Shown: positions 17,974-27,970 of the stretch, piece by piece
Layout: each line of letters starts with the position of its first letter
Numbering within the stretch: position 1 is the stretch's first letter
DNA from: an uncultured virus (IMG/VR IMGVR_UViG_3300038853_000032)
Lineage: Duplodnaviria > Heunggongvirae > Uroviricota > Caudoviricetes
Reading direction: 5' to 3' (one strand)
IMG/VR virus record: IMGVR_UViG_3300038853_000032
DNA: 64,000 bases
Notes under the pieces: generated by a model
Told to the model about the DNA's origin: nothing
What the model saw: only the letters and a program-made list of their open reading frames with translations
The model's database searches: none
Translations under genes and position numbers: made by a program

Positions 17974-18886
17974 TATACCAATCTAACAAATGCTTAAATC
18001 CATTACACGAATATGTTAAGTCTTTAACATCTCTCAAATGCTCAGATAAACACGAACCTAAATAATCACATTTAGAACAATACAAATTATTACTCACTCT
18101 TTCTTTTTCCACATCAGTCCACTCTAAATATTCTTCAAAACAATCAAACTCTAAAAAGTACTCGTTATCCTGTTTATCAAACTCTAAAGTAGCGAACTTG
18201 CCAGTAGGAGTTAAATAAACATGACTATCACTAAAGGCGCTCTTATAATAAGAACCGCTTTTGGTAATACTACCTTTAATTAACTTTTCATTAATAAATT
18301 CAAAATTTTTGGGAACCCCACTTGTAATCCACTTAATAACAAACTTTTCGTATTCTGTGTATAAAATATCTTGAGAATTAGCTTGACTAGTAGAATAGGG
18401 TTTAATTTCTACACTTTTAATAGCTGAACATAAGTTTAATTCACTGATCATTTCTTCTACGTTTTTTTTAAGTATACAACGAGAAGCTAAAATTAATACA
18501 GCTAAAGGTTTAGAAGAAAACATCATATTATTAAAAACTAATCTACGTTTTTCTCTGCAATCAAAATCATAACTAACTGTTAAATCAACCCCTTTCCTAA
18601 ATAAAACAGGAACCATTGCAGAAAAATTTGTAATAATATTAATAGAAGAGGAATACTGCTCTAACATAGGTAGCAAAGTATTTAAGTATCTAGAAGGTAA
18701 TAAAGCTATTTCTCCACCGTATAAATCTATATGCGTAATTTCTACCTGTTCAGATACTGACGCTAATCTACTATCAATAACAGTTAAAGGAGTAGTTAGC
18801 CTGTCTGATAACTGAGGTGATGTAAGATAACAAAACTTACATCTAAAATTACAATAATAAGTAGGATTCACACTAACAGTAAACAT
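17960..18886 (-). CDS. Radical SAM enzyme with C-terminal Cys cluster
   Basis: CNFRCKFC, YGGE; CSKCDYLGSC...C. Confidence 0.9.
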   Translation of the reverse strand: MFTVSVNPTYYCNFRCKFCYLTSPQLSDRLTTPLTVIDSRLASVSEQVEITHIDLYGGEIALLPSRYLNTLLPMLEQYSSSINIITNFSAMVPVLFRKGVDLTVSYDFDCREKRRLVFNNMMFSSKPLAVLILASRCILKKNVEEMISELNLCSAIKSVEIKPYSTSQANSQDILYTEYEKFVIKWITSGVPKNFEFINEKLIKGSITKSGSYYKSAFSDSHVYLTPTGKFATLEFDKQDNEYFLEFDCFEEYLEWTDVEKERVSNNLYCSKCDYLGSCLSEHLRDVKDLTYSCNGFKHLLDWYNERF

Positions 18887-19500
18887 TACTGAAAAATAAT
18901 CTCAGACAAAGGAACTGATGGTTTACGGGTAACAAAATTATAAGTCGCATCTACCCATAATTTTAAGCGTTTAGGTTGATAATCCCATATCTTTTTTCTT
19001 TCTCTGTTATTATCTAAAGTTCTAACACAAGACCACGAACAAGGTATATGGCTACACATACGGTGAGGGTCTAAAGGGTACATGGTAATATTAGTATAAT
19101 ACTTTTTAACAAGTTGGGAACGCAATATCTGTTTTTTATATAATTCGTAATATGAAGTTTTAGAATGGGCAGTAGCAAGGTTATTTTTTGAGTAGTTTTC
19201 TACACAACAACTGGGGTATCCTAATATTAAACCTATTTTCTCGTGATCATCGTTTTTCCAAGCCTCTCTAAAAATATCAAAAGAAATACTATAACTCACA
19301 AAGATGGCTGTATCCGATTTATCTTTAAGATAAAAGAGTGGAACGTGAAGTTTTTTACAAAAGTAGACAAAAAGAGGATTAAGAGCAAATCGTGCATCTA
19401 ATAAGCAAGCGGGTTTTTGCTTATTCCCAAACTGAATAAAATCTAAATAATCATGTTTTTTTAATAATAGGTATTTAAGTAAAAAAAGTTTTGGAAACAT
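18886..19500 (-). CDS. DUF483-like protein
   Basis: GLILGYPSCCVENY, HIPCSWSC. Confidence 0.6.
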   Translation of the reverse strand: MFPKLFLLKYLLLKKHDYLDFIQFGNKQKPACLLDARFALNPLFVYFCKKLHVPLFYLKDKSDTAIFVSYSISFDIFREAWKNDDHEKIGLILGYPSCCVENYSKNNLATAHSKTSYYELYKKQILRSQLVKKYYTNITMYPLDPHRMCSHIPCSWSCVRTLDNNRERKKIWDYQPKRLKLWVDATYNFVTRKPSVPLSEIIFQ

Positions 19501-19503
19501 TAT

Positions 19504-20214
19504 TTAATCAAATACCTCCGCGCCATGAATAAGAGCATTATTAATAAAATTATAAGAAAAACCGCAACCACACATTAAAACGTAACGGGAAGTATCTTTT
19601 TGAAAATAATCAAGTCCGTGATGTACAAAAAGAGGATTCATGTTATTTAAGATAATAACCTCATTAGGTTTAGGCTCTATTTCATATACCTCCTCAAAAA
19701 CAGCTTCTTTTGAAATCCTGTCAAAATACTCTTCGGGATAATAATGAGGAATTTGAGTGTTAGAAGAAGTAGTACACTTATCTACCTTGGCCACTCTAAA
19801 AATGCCATTAGGCAGTTCTCCTCCATAAACTAAAATTTGCATAAAAGAAGAATCAAAACCATCCCAATGCCAAGGTATAGAATTTTTTCCCAGAACTTTA
19901 TTTATCATAATATTATAATTATCAAAACTTCCGTATAAAGTTTTCCAAAAAGTAAACTCTTTTCTAGACTGAATAAGAGAAGATAGTAAATCATTATACC
20001 TTGTACAGTTTAAATAATAATCAGAAGTACGATGCGCTATAGGGCCATCCCAACACGGAGAAAAAATATTCTCTACTTTATCGTTTGCAACTTCAAGAGT
20101 ATAATCTTCTTCCTCCATCATTGACAAAAATTGGTTATACATAGTTGGTTCAATATCTAAAGTAGTAAAACCTTTATGAAAATAATCATCTAGTGAAAAC
20201 ATTACAATACGCAA
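19504..20214 (-). CDS. Fe(II)/2-oxoglutarate oxygenase-like
   Basis: PWHWDG...P..NEVIILNN.NP.FVH...RY. Confidence 0.7.
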   Translation of the reverse strand: MRIVMFSLDDYFHKGFTTLDIEPTMYNQFLSMMEEEDYTLEVANDKVENIFSPCWDGPIAHRTSDYYLNCTRYNDLLSSLIQSRKEFTFWKTLYGSFDNYNIMINKVLGKNSIPWHWDGFDSSFMQILVYGGELPNGIFRVAKVDKCTTSSNTQIPHYYPEEYFDRISKEAVFEEVYEIEPKPNEVIILNNMNPLFVHHGLDYFQKDTSRYVLMCGCGFSYNFINNALIHGAEVFD

Positions 20215-20217
20215 TCC

Positions 20218-20763
20218 TTAATCGTGCACAAAACCAAAACTTGTAACAATTCTATCAACATCCAATTTTAAATACTCTACTTTATGCTCCCACATAGAAG
20301 TATGATCTAAAATAACTACATCATATTTAGCAGGGTAAATACACCCCATCTCTTCTTTAGTAAATGCATTTCTTATTTGTAACGCTCCACCAGTTTTTTT
20401 ACTCATGTTACTAAAGTATAAAAGAACTGCTATATTAGAACCTTCTTTAGTATCACTGTGCCACACATCAGTTCCAGGATCTACGCCATTAACAAATCCA
20501 TCATTATCGCCTAAATAGTATTTACCAAAATGTTTCTTAATATATTTTTTACCTACGTACCGATGAGTTTTTACAAGAGAGTTTAATAACCTCTCATTTT
20601 TAGCACAAACTTTAAAACCATCGGTATCGACCCAGGTAATGTTAAAATTCTCTAAATACTTAAAAGATTCCTTATCATTAAAGCGTAAAAAACCTTTAGA
20701 CAAAAGAGGAGTATGATAACGTCTATGCCTAACTGCTTTCCACATTTCAAAATCTTCTAGCAT
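20218..20763 (-). CDS. Fe(II)/2-oxoglutarate oxygenase
   Basis: WHSD..EG...LLYF...GGAL...WEHKV...R. Confidence 0.8.
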   Translation of the reverse strand: MLEDFEMWKAVRHRRYHTPLLSKGFLRFNDKESFKYLENFNITWVDTDGFKVCAKNERLLNSLVKTHRYVGKKYIKKHFGKYYLGDNDGFVNGVDPGTDVWHSDTKEGSNIAVLLYFSNMSKKTGGALQIRNAFTKEEMGCIYPAKYDVVILDHTSMWEHKVEYLKLDVDRIVTSFGFVHD

Positions 20764-21818
20764 TAATTCAGTTTATTTATCCTCATAATATCGGAAGCTA
20801 TTCTCTTCATCTTAACACAGTGTTGCTCTACAACATCAGCCTCTTTTAAGTCTTTAACAGTTTTCCTACAACCATTACAAATACTAAACATAGGACAAGT
20901 AAAACACTCATTTTTTAGACTTACCAAATCTGGATTATCTTGAAGCGGAGTAAAAAACTGCCCTTCCATTTCTTTTTTAAAACTTATAGACTCGTCCTGA
21001 TCATCTCCAAAAGCACCGCAAGAATAGTAATCTCCGCTTGGATTAAAAGCTCTAATTCCCTCGTCGCAGTTGCGGCATTGAGGACAAGAAGTGTTTCCAA
21101 TACTGAGCCTTGTCATCATCTGTTTAGTGTTAAATTCCCAAGGAGCCAGTCCTTCGTTGTAAACTTCTAAATAAATTTCATAAATTTTAGATAACAAATA
21201 AGGATCTTTTTGATCTCCAGAAGCCATAGCGTAGTTTAATTTACACTCAACTCCAACTTTTTCTGATCTATTATAATTATGTAAAGTTCCCTGTGGCTCC
21301 TCAAAATTACTCATTTTTCGTGCCAACTCTACATTTTTAACAGCGAACTGCTCATTACCCTTAGTAATAACAGATATAAAGTCCGGACGGTATCCAACAT
21401 ATTCCAACATAGCATCGGAGCAATACCAAAAATCACTTTCAGTAAATAAACTATAATCTCCTTTAAGCCTGCCATCTCCATAATTAAAAGAAGTAGTAAC
21501 TCCTACTCGTTCATTATCAAACAATGATACCCACTTCTTAGGGTTTTTATAAAACGGCCACAGATTTGTAGTTAAAGCAATAGAAGTAGATAAATTATAA
21601 TTATCTAAATACTCAATAATTTTCCAGTAATAAGAAGGATCAACCATTAAAGGGTCTCCTCCATTAACAATAATTGTTTTAGTCTGCGGAAAACGTTTTA
21701 AAAAACGAAAGATATAATCATGAGATAATAAGTCGGATTTATGAGCAGCGATACGGGTAGAAGAACAAAAAGTGCATTTAAAATTACATAACTCCGTTGG
21801 CTTAATAATGAGTTCCAT
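20763..21818 (-). CDS. Radical SAM/SPASM-type enzyme
   Basis: IKPTELCNFKCTFC, NGGDP; CPQCRNC..YSCG..CFTCPMFSICNGC..C. Confidence 0.92.
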   Translation of the reverse strand: MELIIKPTELCNFKCTFCSSTRIAAHKSDLLSHDYIFRFLKRFPQTKTIIVNGGDPLMVDPSYYWKIIEYLDNYNLSTSIALTTNLWPFYKNPKKWVSLFDNERVGVTTSFNYGDGRLKGDYSLFTESDFWYCSDAMLEYVGYRPDFISVITKGNEQFAVKNVELARKMSNFEEPQGTLHNYNRSEKVGVECKLNYAMASGDQKDPYLLSKIYEIYLEVYNEGLAPWEFNTKQMMTRLSIGNTSCPQCRNCDEGIRAFNPSGDYYSCGAFGDDQDESISFKKEMEGQFFTPLQDNPDLVSLKNECFTCPMFSICNGCRKTVKDLKEADVVEQHCVKMKRIASDIMRINKLN

Positions 21819-22815
21819 GACTGTCCACGTAATCGTACACGTCTTTTAACCAACACTCTTCCTGGGTTCGAGTATCAGACAAGTCATGGCTCAAATAACA
21901 CCCTAAAGAACATCGGCTAAAATGATGACACTCTAAACAATTATAATCTTCCATAAACCTACGTTCCATATCATTCTTATTTCTTTTATATCCCTCATAA
22001 TAACCACCTAGTAAAATCGTACACATTCCCGACCTATTATTCGGTAAAATGGTGTAAGTATCTTGACAACTCATTCTTATTTTTTTACGAGAAAAGTAAT
22101 CTTTGATAGGTAGACAGTCAGGATAATTATCCACTAAGAACAACATTAATTTTTTTAAATCTACATCCTTAGGCATAAATTGTGTTGAATGATTTTCAGG
22201 TGTGTAATAATCAAAATAAATATCAAAATGAGTATATAAATAACCAAAAAAAGGTGTCTCATAAGACAAAAATTTATTAATAGCTGGTTTTGTCATTATA
22301 ACATTAACTGTTCGAATCCAGTGATTAAGTTCTCTTACGTTTTTCTTAAAAACACTAAAAGTTTCGTTATTAAACCGTGAGTGTGGATCATAAGAAGTCA
22401 TTAAATACACACGAGAATCTAATAAAAATAAACGAGCCATCAGCTCGTCCACTCGTTTATAATCCGAAAAAACTAAATTAGTAGTAAATGCGACTTCTAA
22501 AGATATTTCAAACCTGTGAGCCCACTCAAATAAAGAACTTACAAGATCATAGTAATCTTTAAATGTGCTTTTTTCTATTAAATCTGAAAATACCTCACCT
22601 CCCATCAAATGAACAGAAAATTGAGTACGACCAGCTTTTTTTAAATTAAGAATTGCTTTAATAATGTAATCTTTTTTTTCTTTTATATTGTAAAGACCTT
22701 CCCTAGAAGAGTGATCTTGAGGACAAAAGCGACACGCTAAGTTACATTGTTCAAATAGGGTAACAATAATTTCCCCGTTTATAGTTCTTTTTTCAGCGTA
22801 ATCTAATATCTCCAT
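21802..22815 (-). CDS. Radical SAM enzyme with C-terminal Cys cluster
   Basis: CNLACRFC, MGGE; CLECHHFSRCSLGC..C. Confidence 0.9.
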   Translation of the reverse strand: MEILDYAEKRTINGEIIVTLFEQCNLACRFCPQDHSSREGLYNIKEKKDYIIKAILNLKKAGRTQFSVHLMGGEVFSDLIEKSTFKDYYDLVSSLFEWAHRFEISLEVAFTTNLVFSDYKRVDELMARLFLLDSRVYLMTSYDPHSRFNNETFSVFKKNVRELNHWIRTVNVIMTKPAINKFLSYETPFFGYLYTHFDIYFDYYTPENHSTQFMPKDVDLKKLMLFLVDNYPDCLPIKDYFSRKKIRMSCQDTYTILPNNRSGMCTILLGGYYEGYKRNKNDMERRFMEDYNCLECHHFSRCSLGCYLSHDLSDTRTQEECWLKDVYDYVDSHGTHY

Positions 22816-23441
22816 TAGGGAGCGCGGTCCGTTGAAACAATATCCTTTTTAGATTCCCAGTCAACTATACAATTACATACAATTGCCCATCGAGTATGTT
22901 CTCCCAAATAACGAGAAACTTCGTGCCATATATAAGCAGGAGCTGCCACAAGGGTTCCACGAACTGGAACAATAGTTTTCGTTTTTGGACTACAAAAAGT
23001 AATTTGATTAATAAACTTAGGATCATGCAGAAGCAAATCTCCTCCCTGTCCTTGTACTACATCCAAATAAAAAACAGCAAACGCATCTACATCCGAATGA
23101 GAATGGGCGGGTTTATAATCAAACTTTTTCATAGGAGTAATGCGTGACAAAGAGTCAACAGACAAAGAGAAGCTTAAATTATGTCCATGTCGACGTCCCA
23201 ACTCACCAAAAGCGTCAGTAAACATAGCCTTAAGTTCTAATTGCTCTGGAGTACCTTCCTCAAAAACATTAGCATCAGCATCTCCTGCCTCCACATAATC
23301 AATTCCTTTTTCTGCCTTTAATAGCTCTAATTTAGCCTGCATTTGGTTAGCTAAATTAGTATACCAACTATCTTCCAAATCATACTCACGCCAAATAATG
23401 TGAGTTTCAAAAGCAAAAAATGACATATTTTTAATGTGCAT
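22815..23441 (-). CDS. Putative Fe(II)/2OG oxygenase (TIGR02466-like)
   Basis: PAHSH, VFYL...GGDLLLHDP, P.YIWHEV, R.AI..N. Confidence 0.75.
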   Translation of the reverse strand: MHIKNMSFFAFETHIIWREYDLEDSWYTNLANQMQAKLELLKAEKGIDYVEAGDADANVFEEGTPEQLELKAMFTDAFGELGRRHGHNLSFSLSVDSLSRITPMKKFDYKPAHSHSDVDAFAVFYLDVVQGQGGDLLLHDPKFINQITFCSPKTKTIVPVRGTLVAAPAYIWHEVSRYLGEHTRWAIVCNCIVDWESKKDIVSTDRAP

Positions 23442-24183
23442 CAGTGTAATCCTTTCCTAAGGCCTTAAGCATAGAAAGAAGAAAATTATGCTTAGTAGCA
23501 TAATAATAAAATAAATTTTTTCCATGAAACATATACTCTTCAAATTGCGGCTTAAAGTAATAAAGGGTTCCTAAAGGTTTTTGATAGTAATTATGAAAAA
23601 AGAAATCTAAAGAAAATAAATTAACTATACTATAACCCACATACTCCCTGTTAGTAACTATTTCTATCCCGTCAGTTAAAAATTTTTCATCATTTAATTC
23701 GGGTAAACATTTTTGTGCATAAATAGTACAAGAATCTAAAAAAGTTACCCAACGCGAAACAGTACTCGTATTTTGCCTAATATAAAGATCTGCTTCCGAA
23801 AGAGAAAAATAAGGATTAGGATAAGCATTCTCTATATCATATCCTTTATAACGAAATACTATAGAAGAAGCAGCTAAATTAAATACTGGAAGATTAACTA
23901 CTGCTGGTAAAGTCATATACTCATAAAGAAGCGATGACCTTTTTTCAAAATCTAAAGCTTTAGAAAAAGTTAAATCCGCAGGAACATCTAAGTTAGACAA
24001 GTAAACTAAAAGTTTTTTATCCTGCAATTTACTACAAGAGTAATCAATATGAAATGATAAGTCTTTATTTTCAAAATACTTTCTTAAATTTTCAATTTCT
24101 ATAGGGACTACACAATTTATAATATTACCAAGATCAGGAGTATCTATATTTAACACTATCTCCTTCCTCTCGAACCGTGACAA
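23431..24183 (-). CDS. Hypothetical protein coupled to the putative substrate gene
   Basis: 250 aa, overlaps the end of 24156-24746. Confidence 0.7.
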   Translation of the reverse strand: MSRFERKEIVLNIDTPDLGNIINCVVPIEIENLRKYFENKDLSFHIDYSCSKLQDKKLLVYLSNLDVPADLTFSKALDFEKRSSLLYEYMTLPAVVNLPVFNLAASSIVFRYKGYDIENAYPNPYFSLSEADLYIRQNTSTVSRWVTFLDSCTIYAQKCLPELNDEKFLTDGIEIVTNREYVGYSIVNLFSLDFFFHNYYQKPLGTLYYFKPQFEEYMFHGKNLFYYYATKHNFLLSMLKALGKDYTDAH

Positions 24184-24746
24184 CTAGTATGACAACTAGA
24201 ATGACAATAAAACTCTTGAACTGTTACAGCGTTATCTTTTAAAGAATTCCACTGATTATAAAGTGCTGTTGTAAAGTCATTAAAATTAGACGCATCAATT
24301 TCTTCATCAGTCTCAACGTCATCAGCTGCTGCTAAACTTGACAAAGTATTGGACTGTTCGTAAGTATTAGAACTTAAATGAGTAACGTTTGTTTCGTTTG
24401 AATCAATAGTGTCGTTATCTCGATACTGCTGTAAATTAACCTTGCGAATTTTTGTAAAAATAGAAACGTAATTAACTAAAACTGTAGCTAATTGTGCTGC
24501 TGTAATTTTAGAATCCGTAATTTTATCAGTTCCAGGAGTTCCTAAAGTACCACTTCCTAACCCAATCGCTCCTGTAGTAAGTGCCGCAGGAATGGCATTT
24601 TGCAGCGTTTGCCCAGTAGAATTACTCGGCCTGTTACCACTATCCCATACAATAGCACTCTCAATATTGTCTCTTACATTATCAAGAAAACTATTTACCA
24701 TTCGCTGTTTGGTTACAGCTTCACCACTTGAAGGAGTATCACTCAT
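24156..24746 (-). CDS. Putative radical SAM substrate protein with C-terminal (CHxS)3-RGRR tail
   Basis: Ends EFYCHSSCHTSCHGSRGRR; the rest is Thr/Ser/Asn/Ala-rich with no other Cys. Confidence 0.7.
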   Translation of the reverse strand: MSDTPSSGEAVTKQRMVNSFLDNVRDNIESAIVWDSGNRPSNSTGQTLQNAIPAALTTGAIGLGSGTLGTPGTDKITDSKITAAQLATVLVNYVSIFTKIRKVNLQQYRDNDTIDSNETNVTHLSSNTYEQSNTLSSLAAADDVETDEEIDASNFNDFTTALYNQWNSLKDNAVTVQEFYCHSSCHTSCHGSRGRR

Positions 24747-24758
24747 AATTATCTCCTA

Positions 24759-25061
24759 TTAACAGTTACGTTTAATTCTACGCAAAGCTTTTTTAGCGAA
24801 TTTTTCTGCGTATACACTATCGTGTATTACTTTATTAAACCTATCTTCTACACAATTTAAAAAAATCTTTTCTTCTCTACCAAATCTAAAGGTTTGAAAA
24901 GCACATTGTTTTATAATTGTTCTTGAATCAAAGCCATACGGCCAGGTGAATTTTCCAGTAATAGAGTCGATTCTAGAACTACAACTTTCTGGACTAAAAC
25001 TAAAAGTTGGCGTTGAAATCGTAAAAACCATTAAAATTGGTAGTATAATTTTATATTTCAT
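24759..25061 (-). CDS. Small exported protein with four Cys
   Basis: Signal-peptide-like N-terminus. Confidence 0.6.
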   Translation of the reverse strand: MKYKIILPILMVFTISTPTFSFSPESCSSRIDSITGKFTWPYGFDSRTIIKQCAFQTFRFGREEKIFLNCVEDRFNKVIHDSVYAEKFAKKALRRIKRNC

Positions 25062-25070
25062 TATAACTTT

Positions 25071-26111
25071 TTATGCTACTAACTTTTCAGTAGCGTTCCT
25101 TTCTTTTAACTTTACCATTAAACTCCTAGCTGAACCACATTGGTCGTCCTCCCAAGCCAATTGATGACAATCTCCACCACAATAAGCAAAAACAGGGCAC
25201 TCATAACACCTAGGATCACGAGAAAGCTCACACGCAATTATATGTTGTCTACTGGGATTATATAATAATTTTACTATATTATCATCGATATGTCCATAAA
25301 AATCTTCAGGCGCTGAATTTGGACACCCTCCAATAGTACCGTCAGCGTTGATAGTAAATATTTTTTGTTCACAGTTACGACAAAAAGTAGCTTCTTTAGT
25401 GCCATGAGTAAATTTTCTTAAAATCGAATTTAAAAATACATTATCAAACCAGCCAAAAGCATTATGATGTACCGTATCTTCGTACAGTTGAACAAACCAT
25501 CTATCTAAATCTTTATTAGAAGGTAAAATATGGTTGTTTTTTCTTGCACTCCCATTCACAGTAATACGCTCTAAATGCAAAGCATCCACATTTAAAGACT
25601 TAACAAATCGTAAAATTTCAATAGGTCTTTTAGCAATAACATCCTTACTTAACGAAACAAATAAAGAAACATAATTATCAGAGTTCTGAGTTAAAGTATT
25701 AATATTTTTTAACCATAAATCATATTGTTGAGAATTAGCAAACCTAATGGTAGGGTCCCAACTCGTCCCAATTTGTCCCCTTAAAGCTGTCTCAATAAAT
25801 TCTAATTTATCATCATCTAAATTAAAAACCAAATTTGTACAAACCCCATAGCTAGAGCTATCCCACAAATGATGAGTGCCTCTCCACACAGACCACATGT
25901 CACTAAGGGGTGCCAAAAACGGTTCTCCTCCATGAAACTCCACATGGATATCTTTAATCGTTGAAATATCATTTTTAATCCTTTTAAACCAATCTATCGT
26001 TTTTTCTGCATTAAAATATATTTTTCTCCCACGACTCCCAGAAGTAAAACAATGAGCACAATCTAATTGACATGTTTCCGTTGTTTTCAAATATACCATC
26101 AAGCTTCGCAT
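25071..26111 (-). CDS. Radical SAM/SPASM-type enzyme
   Basis: KTTETCQLDCAHC, FHGGEP; CRNC...GGCPN...CYECPVFAYCGGDC..C. Confidence 0.92.
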   Translation of the reverse strand: MRSLMVYLKTTETCQLDCAHCFTSGSRGRKIYFNAEKTIDWFKRIKNDISTIKDIHVEFHGGEPFLAPLSDMWSVWRGTHHLWDSSSYGVCTNLVFNLDDDKLEFIETALRGQIGTSWDPTIRFANSQQYDLWLKNINTLTQNSDNYVSLFVSLSKDVIAKRPIEILRFVKSLNVDALHLERITVNGSARKNNHILPSNKDLDRWFVQLYEDTVHHNAFGWFDNVFLNSILRKFTHGTKEATFCRNCEQKIFTINADGTIGGCPNSAPEDFYGHIDDNIVKLLYNPSRQHIIACELSRDPRCYECPVFAYCGGDCHQLAWEDDQCGSARSLMVKLKERNATEKLVA

Positions 26112-26758
26112 AATTGTTCAACCGCAGCCGTCACATCAGGAAATTCTGTTTTTATGATTTTCCAACATGCTTTTGCTACTTCAATATGCTCTTGCTGTGT
26201 TCCGTGCCCTGTTCTAAGCTGACAGTAATGAATCCAAGACCGTAAACTTCCAGCCATATAAAGTTTACTCACAGCTAACCCCTCCGGTAACAAAGCTCTT
26301 GCTTGTTCTTTAGCAATCCCCTTAAAAAGAGCTTGTTGGTAATATTTATCACTTTTTTCTTGTATAGTGGTTTGTACTTTATACCACCATTGTAATAAGT
26401 TTTCATCATTCGTTTTCACAGAATTTTGGCGATTCTTATGATCTTGTAACCTTGCTTCTCTTAAAGAAAAAGTTTTAACTTTTGCATACCGCTGAGAAAA
26501 TTCTTGAAAAGCAAAAGAACGATGACGTAAAATTTGTCGCGCAATATCCCGCGTAGTCTCAATTTCCATTGTTATATGAACCATCTCAAAAGGGCTCCAA
26601 TGCCCTTCCCTAATCATATAACTTAATAACTTAGACCCTGTTCCAAAATTACTTTGATTATTAGGGTTAGAAACTCTGGCACAATATGCTACTACATCAC
26701 TAGCACTATCCCCAAACTCATCTATTGGCCTCGTTACCCCAACAAGTTTAACTGTCAT
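26099..26758 (-). CDS. thyX: Flavin-dependent thymidylate synthase
   Basis: HWSPFE, QILRHRSFAFQEFSQRY, KEQARALLP, LRSWIHY. Confidence 0.97.
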   Translation of the reverse strand: MTVKLVGVTRPIDEFGDSASDVVAYCARVSNPNNQSNFGTGSKLLSYMIREGHWSPFEMVHITMEIETTRDIARQILRHRSFAFQEFSQRYAKVKTFSLREARLQDHKNRQNSVKTNDENLLQWWYKVQTTIQEKSDKYYQQALFKGIAKEQARALLPEGLAVSKLYMAGSLRSWIHYCQLRTGHGTQQEHIEVAKACWKIIKTEFPDVTAAVEQLCEA

Positions 26759-27104
26759 TATTTTCTAAATCATTTATTAAATCGTTTAAATACCATTGAG
26801 CCTTTTTTAAATCTTGAATCTGTAATTTAAGGTTACTACTTTTTAAATTATAGCGACTCACATACTTGATAACATTAGACTGGTTCCAATTCATTCCCCA
26901 CGACTTAATATACTGAGTAGTTTCAATTCCTTTATTATAATGAGGAGGGTGGTTAACTAAATCCGCTCTTTCCTGCGGAGAACCCCAACTAAAAGTAACA
27001 TTAGAGGTATTAAAACCCATCTCATCACTAAACATTTTTACCTGCGCTAAATCTTTTAGCTTACTAGTTTCCAAACCAACCCCCTTTCCAAAAGCTTTCT
27101 TCAT
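26748..27104 (-). CDS. DUF3310 protein
   Basis: VNHPPHY..GIE...NVIKYVSRY..K...DLKKAQWYL. Confidence 0.85.
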   Translation of the reverse strand: MKKAFGKGVGLETSKLKDLAQVKMFSDEMGFNTSNVTFSWGSPQERADLVNHPPHYNKGIETTQYIKSWGMNWNQSNVIKYVSRYNLKSSNLKLQIQDLKKAQWYLNDLINDLENNDS

Positions 27105-27231
27105 ACGTAGTAATAACCGGTATCTTCAAAATGCCACCATAATACCATAAAAAAAGTCCCTCTTCTTCAGAATAGGACTCGTAAAACATATTAGCACTGA
27201 ATCCCTTCTCTATACAAAAATTATTACTTAT

Positions 27232-27260
27232 AGTATAGTATAAAGAAAAGGAGATGTCAA
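27232..27260 (-). promoter_or_regulatory. Near-consensus sigma70 promoter upstream of the DUF3310-thyX-radical SAM gene run
   Basis: TTGACA-17-TATACT. Confidence 0.75.
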
Positions 27261-27266
27261 GTTAAA

Positions 27267-27488
27267 TTATACATTTGCATTGAGCATTGAAAGACTAGAA
27301 ACTACCGAGTTTGCTAAAAAAACTTGAAACAGATTTTCATCAGCTGGATATAGTTTTTGACAGTTTTCACACGCAGCTGTATTATGCGGAAGAAACTTAC
27401 CTCTTTTTACCCACGTTTCCTGGGTTTTACCACACGTAGGACACCGTAAAATAGCAGTATAAACACTCATTACCAAACTTCCCACCAC
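27267..27488 (-). CDS. Zn-ribbon protein
   Basis: CPTC...CENC. Confidence 0.6.
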   Translation of the reverse strand: MVGSLVMSVYTAILRCPTCGKTQETWVKRGKFLPHNTAACENCQKLYPADENLFQVFLANSVVSSLSMLNANV

Positions 27489-27970
27489 GGTTTTTCGGAT
27501 TTGCTTTTCTCTTCCATTTGTTGTTTTTTTTCGTCATGATTATTCTGCGCCTGCTCAATATTAATACTTTGTTGGTTATAATACTTATCGTAAGCAACAA
27601 TCACAGCTTTTTGTTGTTCAACTAATTGCCTAATTTTAGCTAAATTAACACTTAAAGATTCATAACCTTTATCATTTACTCCAAACACAACAGCATCATA
27701 TTTTTTCTTTTCTAACTGAGCAAAAACTTGATCTACATTAGCTTCTGTTATTATTACCCATTCTATAGCATCAAGCTTAATTTGTTCTACAGGGGGTAAC
27801 AAAAGTGGAACTTTTTCTACAGGAGAAGTTAGAACTTCTATTTTTTTAACACTACTACATGAAGTAACACTAATTCCCAAGATAATTGGGATTAGCAACA
27901 GCTGGACATGCTTTATTAATTTGACTTGGTTTTTCAGCTTGTAACTCCTTTTCCGTGTGCGTAGCGCCAC
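27470..27970 (-). CDS. Putative o-spanin-like lipoprotein (real start likely closer to the lipobox)
   Basis: LLLIPIILGISVTSC lipobox, Pro-rich linker, overlaps the upstream TM-coiled-coil gene. Confidence 0.6.
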   Translation of the reverse strand: MALRTRKRSYKLKNQVKLIKHVQLLLIPIILGISVTSCSSVKKIEVLTSPVEKVPLLLPPVEQIKLDAIEWVIITEANVDQVFAQLEKKKYDAVVFGVNDKGYESLSVNLAKIRQLVEQQKAVIVAYDKYYNQQSINIEQAQNNHDEKKQQMEEKSKSEKPWWEVW

